From the NCBI GenBank assembly GCA_965223905.1, contig CBDCXV010000010.1:2048001-2112000 (forward strand): a stretch of DNA of 64,000 nucleotides, given 5' to 3'. Source of the DNA: Candidatus Latescibacterota bacterium (lineage in GTDB: Bacteria > Latescibacterota > UBA2968 > UBA8231). Made by a program: the position numbers and the translations under genes. Positions 62,955 to 64,000 of this stretch are shown here, one piece after another. A model generated the notes under the pieces. The model was not told the origin of the DNA and made no database searches. It worked only from the letters and a program-made list of their open reading frames with translations. How positions within the stretch are numbered: the first letter of the stretch is position 1; the number at the start of each line of letters is the position of its first letter.

Positions 62955-64000
62955 CTATTCGAAGTACAGCTGCAGGAACACCTCTCTCGAGGACCTGGAT
63001 TGACGGGTGAGTGCGCTCCTGTAATCCCCGCTTATGCGACGGAACCCGAGGTTGAGGTTCACGTCGTACCCGGAGTAGTTCCCCCGATTCTGTAATAAAA
63101 ACACCTGGCTCGTCGCATCGTACGCGGTGAACGGCCAAGCGACGTTCCGGTATCGCTCCTTCAGCATCGGAAAGCCCTGGATCCCCGCTCGCAATACGTT
63201 GCCCGGGGTAAGCCGGTAATCCATCCGGAGGATGGGGATCAGATGGCGCGTATGCAGGAACGGATGTCGTCCGGAAGACGGTACCTTCTTGTGCTCGGTC
63301 AGGAACTTGAACATCGGCATGACCGTGAGATCCCCCAGCTTCCACTGGCAGTCGGCTCGGGTCACCAGCGCCCGCGATCGATCCCGGCTCTTCTCCTGAA
63401 CCGTGCCGTCCTCGAAGTGAGTGCGCCTGCGGGCATTGACTTCGTAGCGGAACCTGGACGACACATTCAGATGGGGTATGCCCTCGAACTTCGTCTCCAG
63501 GAACAACAGGTTGACCAGACTGTTGCGCATGGACAGCTGATCCGGCTGGATCGTACCCTCCGGCACGAAGCCCGTGAACTGCAGGTCCCCTCCCCGGATG
63601 TCCGCCGGTATCGTGTCCCTGACCCGCTTGACCCGGTAATGCACAGTGAGGCTTCCCAATCCCTCGCGTCCGATCCCGTACCGAAGCTTGGAATACAGCA
63701 CCCGGTTGCGCCCCCCGCCTGCGATGCTTTTGACACGATACCAGCCTACCGTATTCCGTACCGCGGGGGTCAGGTCGAGCCGGGTGAACGCATGACTCCC
63801 GCGACGATCCAGATCGTATGGATAATCGGGGCGGTTGTCGTCCTGCCGGACATCCACCGTCCCGTTGTTGTCGAAGTCGTCGCCGTACGTGTATCCATCC
63901 GGATCCACGAAATACATCAGGAACGGCTCCTGGTAGTCCGGCACCCCGTTGTCGTTCACGTTCGTGTCGATAATCCCATCGCCATCCTCGTCCAGCCCGG
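62955..64000 (-). CDS. Paralogue 3, 5' end beyond the window
   Basis: GLDEDGDGIIDTNVNDNGVPDYQEPFL...PDYPYD, IPILRMDYRL, ends LQLYFE. Confidence 0.75.
   Translation of the reverse strand, partial: GLDEDGDGIIDTNVNDNGVPDYQEPFLMYFVDPDGYTYGDDFDNNGTVDVRQDDNRPDYPYDLDRRGSHAFTRLDLTPAVRNTVGWYRVKSIAGGGRNRVLYSKLRYGIGREGLGSLTVHYRVKRVRDTIPADIRGGDLQFTGFVPEGTIQPDQLSMRNSLVNLLFLETKFEGIPHLNVSSRFRYEVNARRRTHFEDGTVQEKSRDRSRALVTRADCQWKLGDLTVMPMFKFLTEHKKVPSSGRHPFLHTRHLIPILRMDYRLTPGNVLRAGIQGFPMLKERYRNVAWPFTAYDATSQVFLLQNRGNYSGYDVNLNLGFRRISGDYRSALTRQSRSSREVFLQLYFE

Noticed and set aside
1-64000. CRISPR array, rRNA, integrase/transposase or defence genes
   Set aside because: No repeat-spacer periodicity or corresponding motifs were seen.

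Overview
GC-rich bacterial DNA. The gene content (several PhyH dioxygenases, sugar-acid enzymes, CRTAC1/ASPIC-UnbV proteins, a DUF6785-like membrane protein, repeated large Ca-loop secreted proteins) suggests a Latescibacterota/Poribacteria-like lineage; this is inference. Abrupt junctions, truncated genes and about 7 apparent frameshifts suggest a fragmented or error-prone assembly. Highlights: (1) a sigma70 promoter drives an apparently leaderless 30-codon peptide with 7 Gln codons, followed by mutually exclusive antiterminator/terminator stems and then directly by two tRNA-Gln genes (CUG, UUG). This looks like ribosome-mediated attenuation of tRNA genes by their own charged tRNA. (2) Two tandem DUF3179 lipoproteins each have an in-frame TGA and a conserved SECIS-like hairpin. 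(3) An HCN synthase locus has a fused hcnA-hcnB plus hcnC. (4) A >21 kb minus-strand cluster holds three paralogous predicted outer-membrane proteins, TonB-like modules, lyase-like enzymes and a membrane transporter, a candidate non-SusCD glycan-uptake system. No rRNA or CRISPR array was seen. Family calls come from remembered motifs, not database searches.
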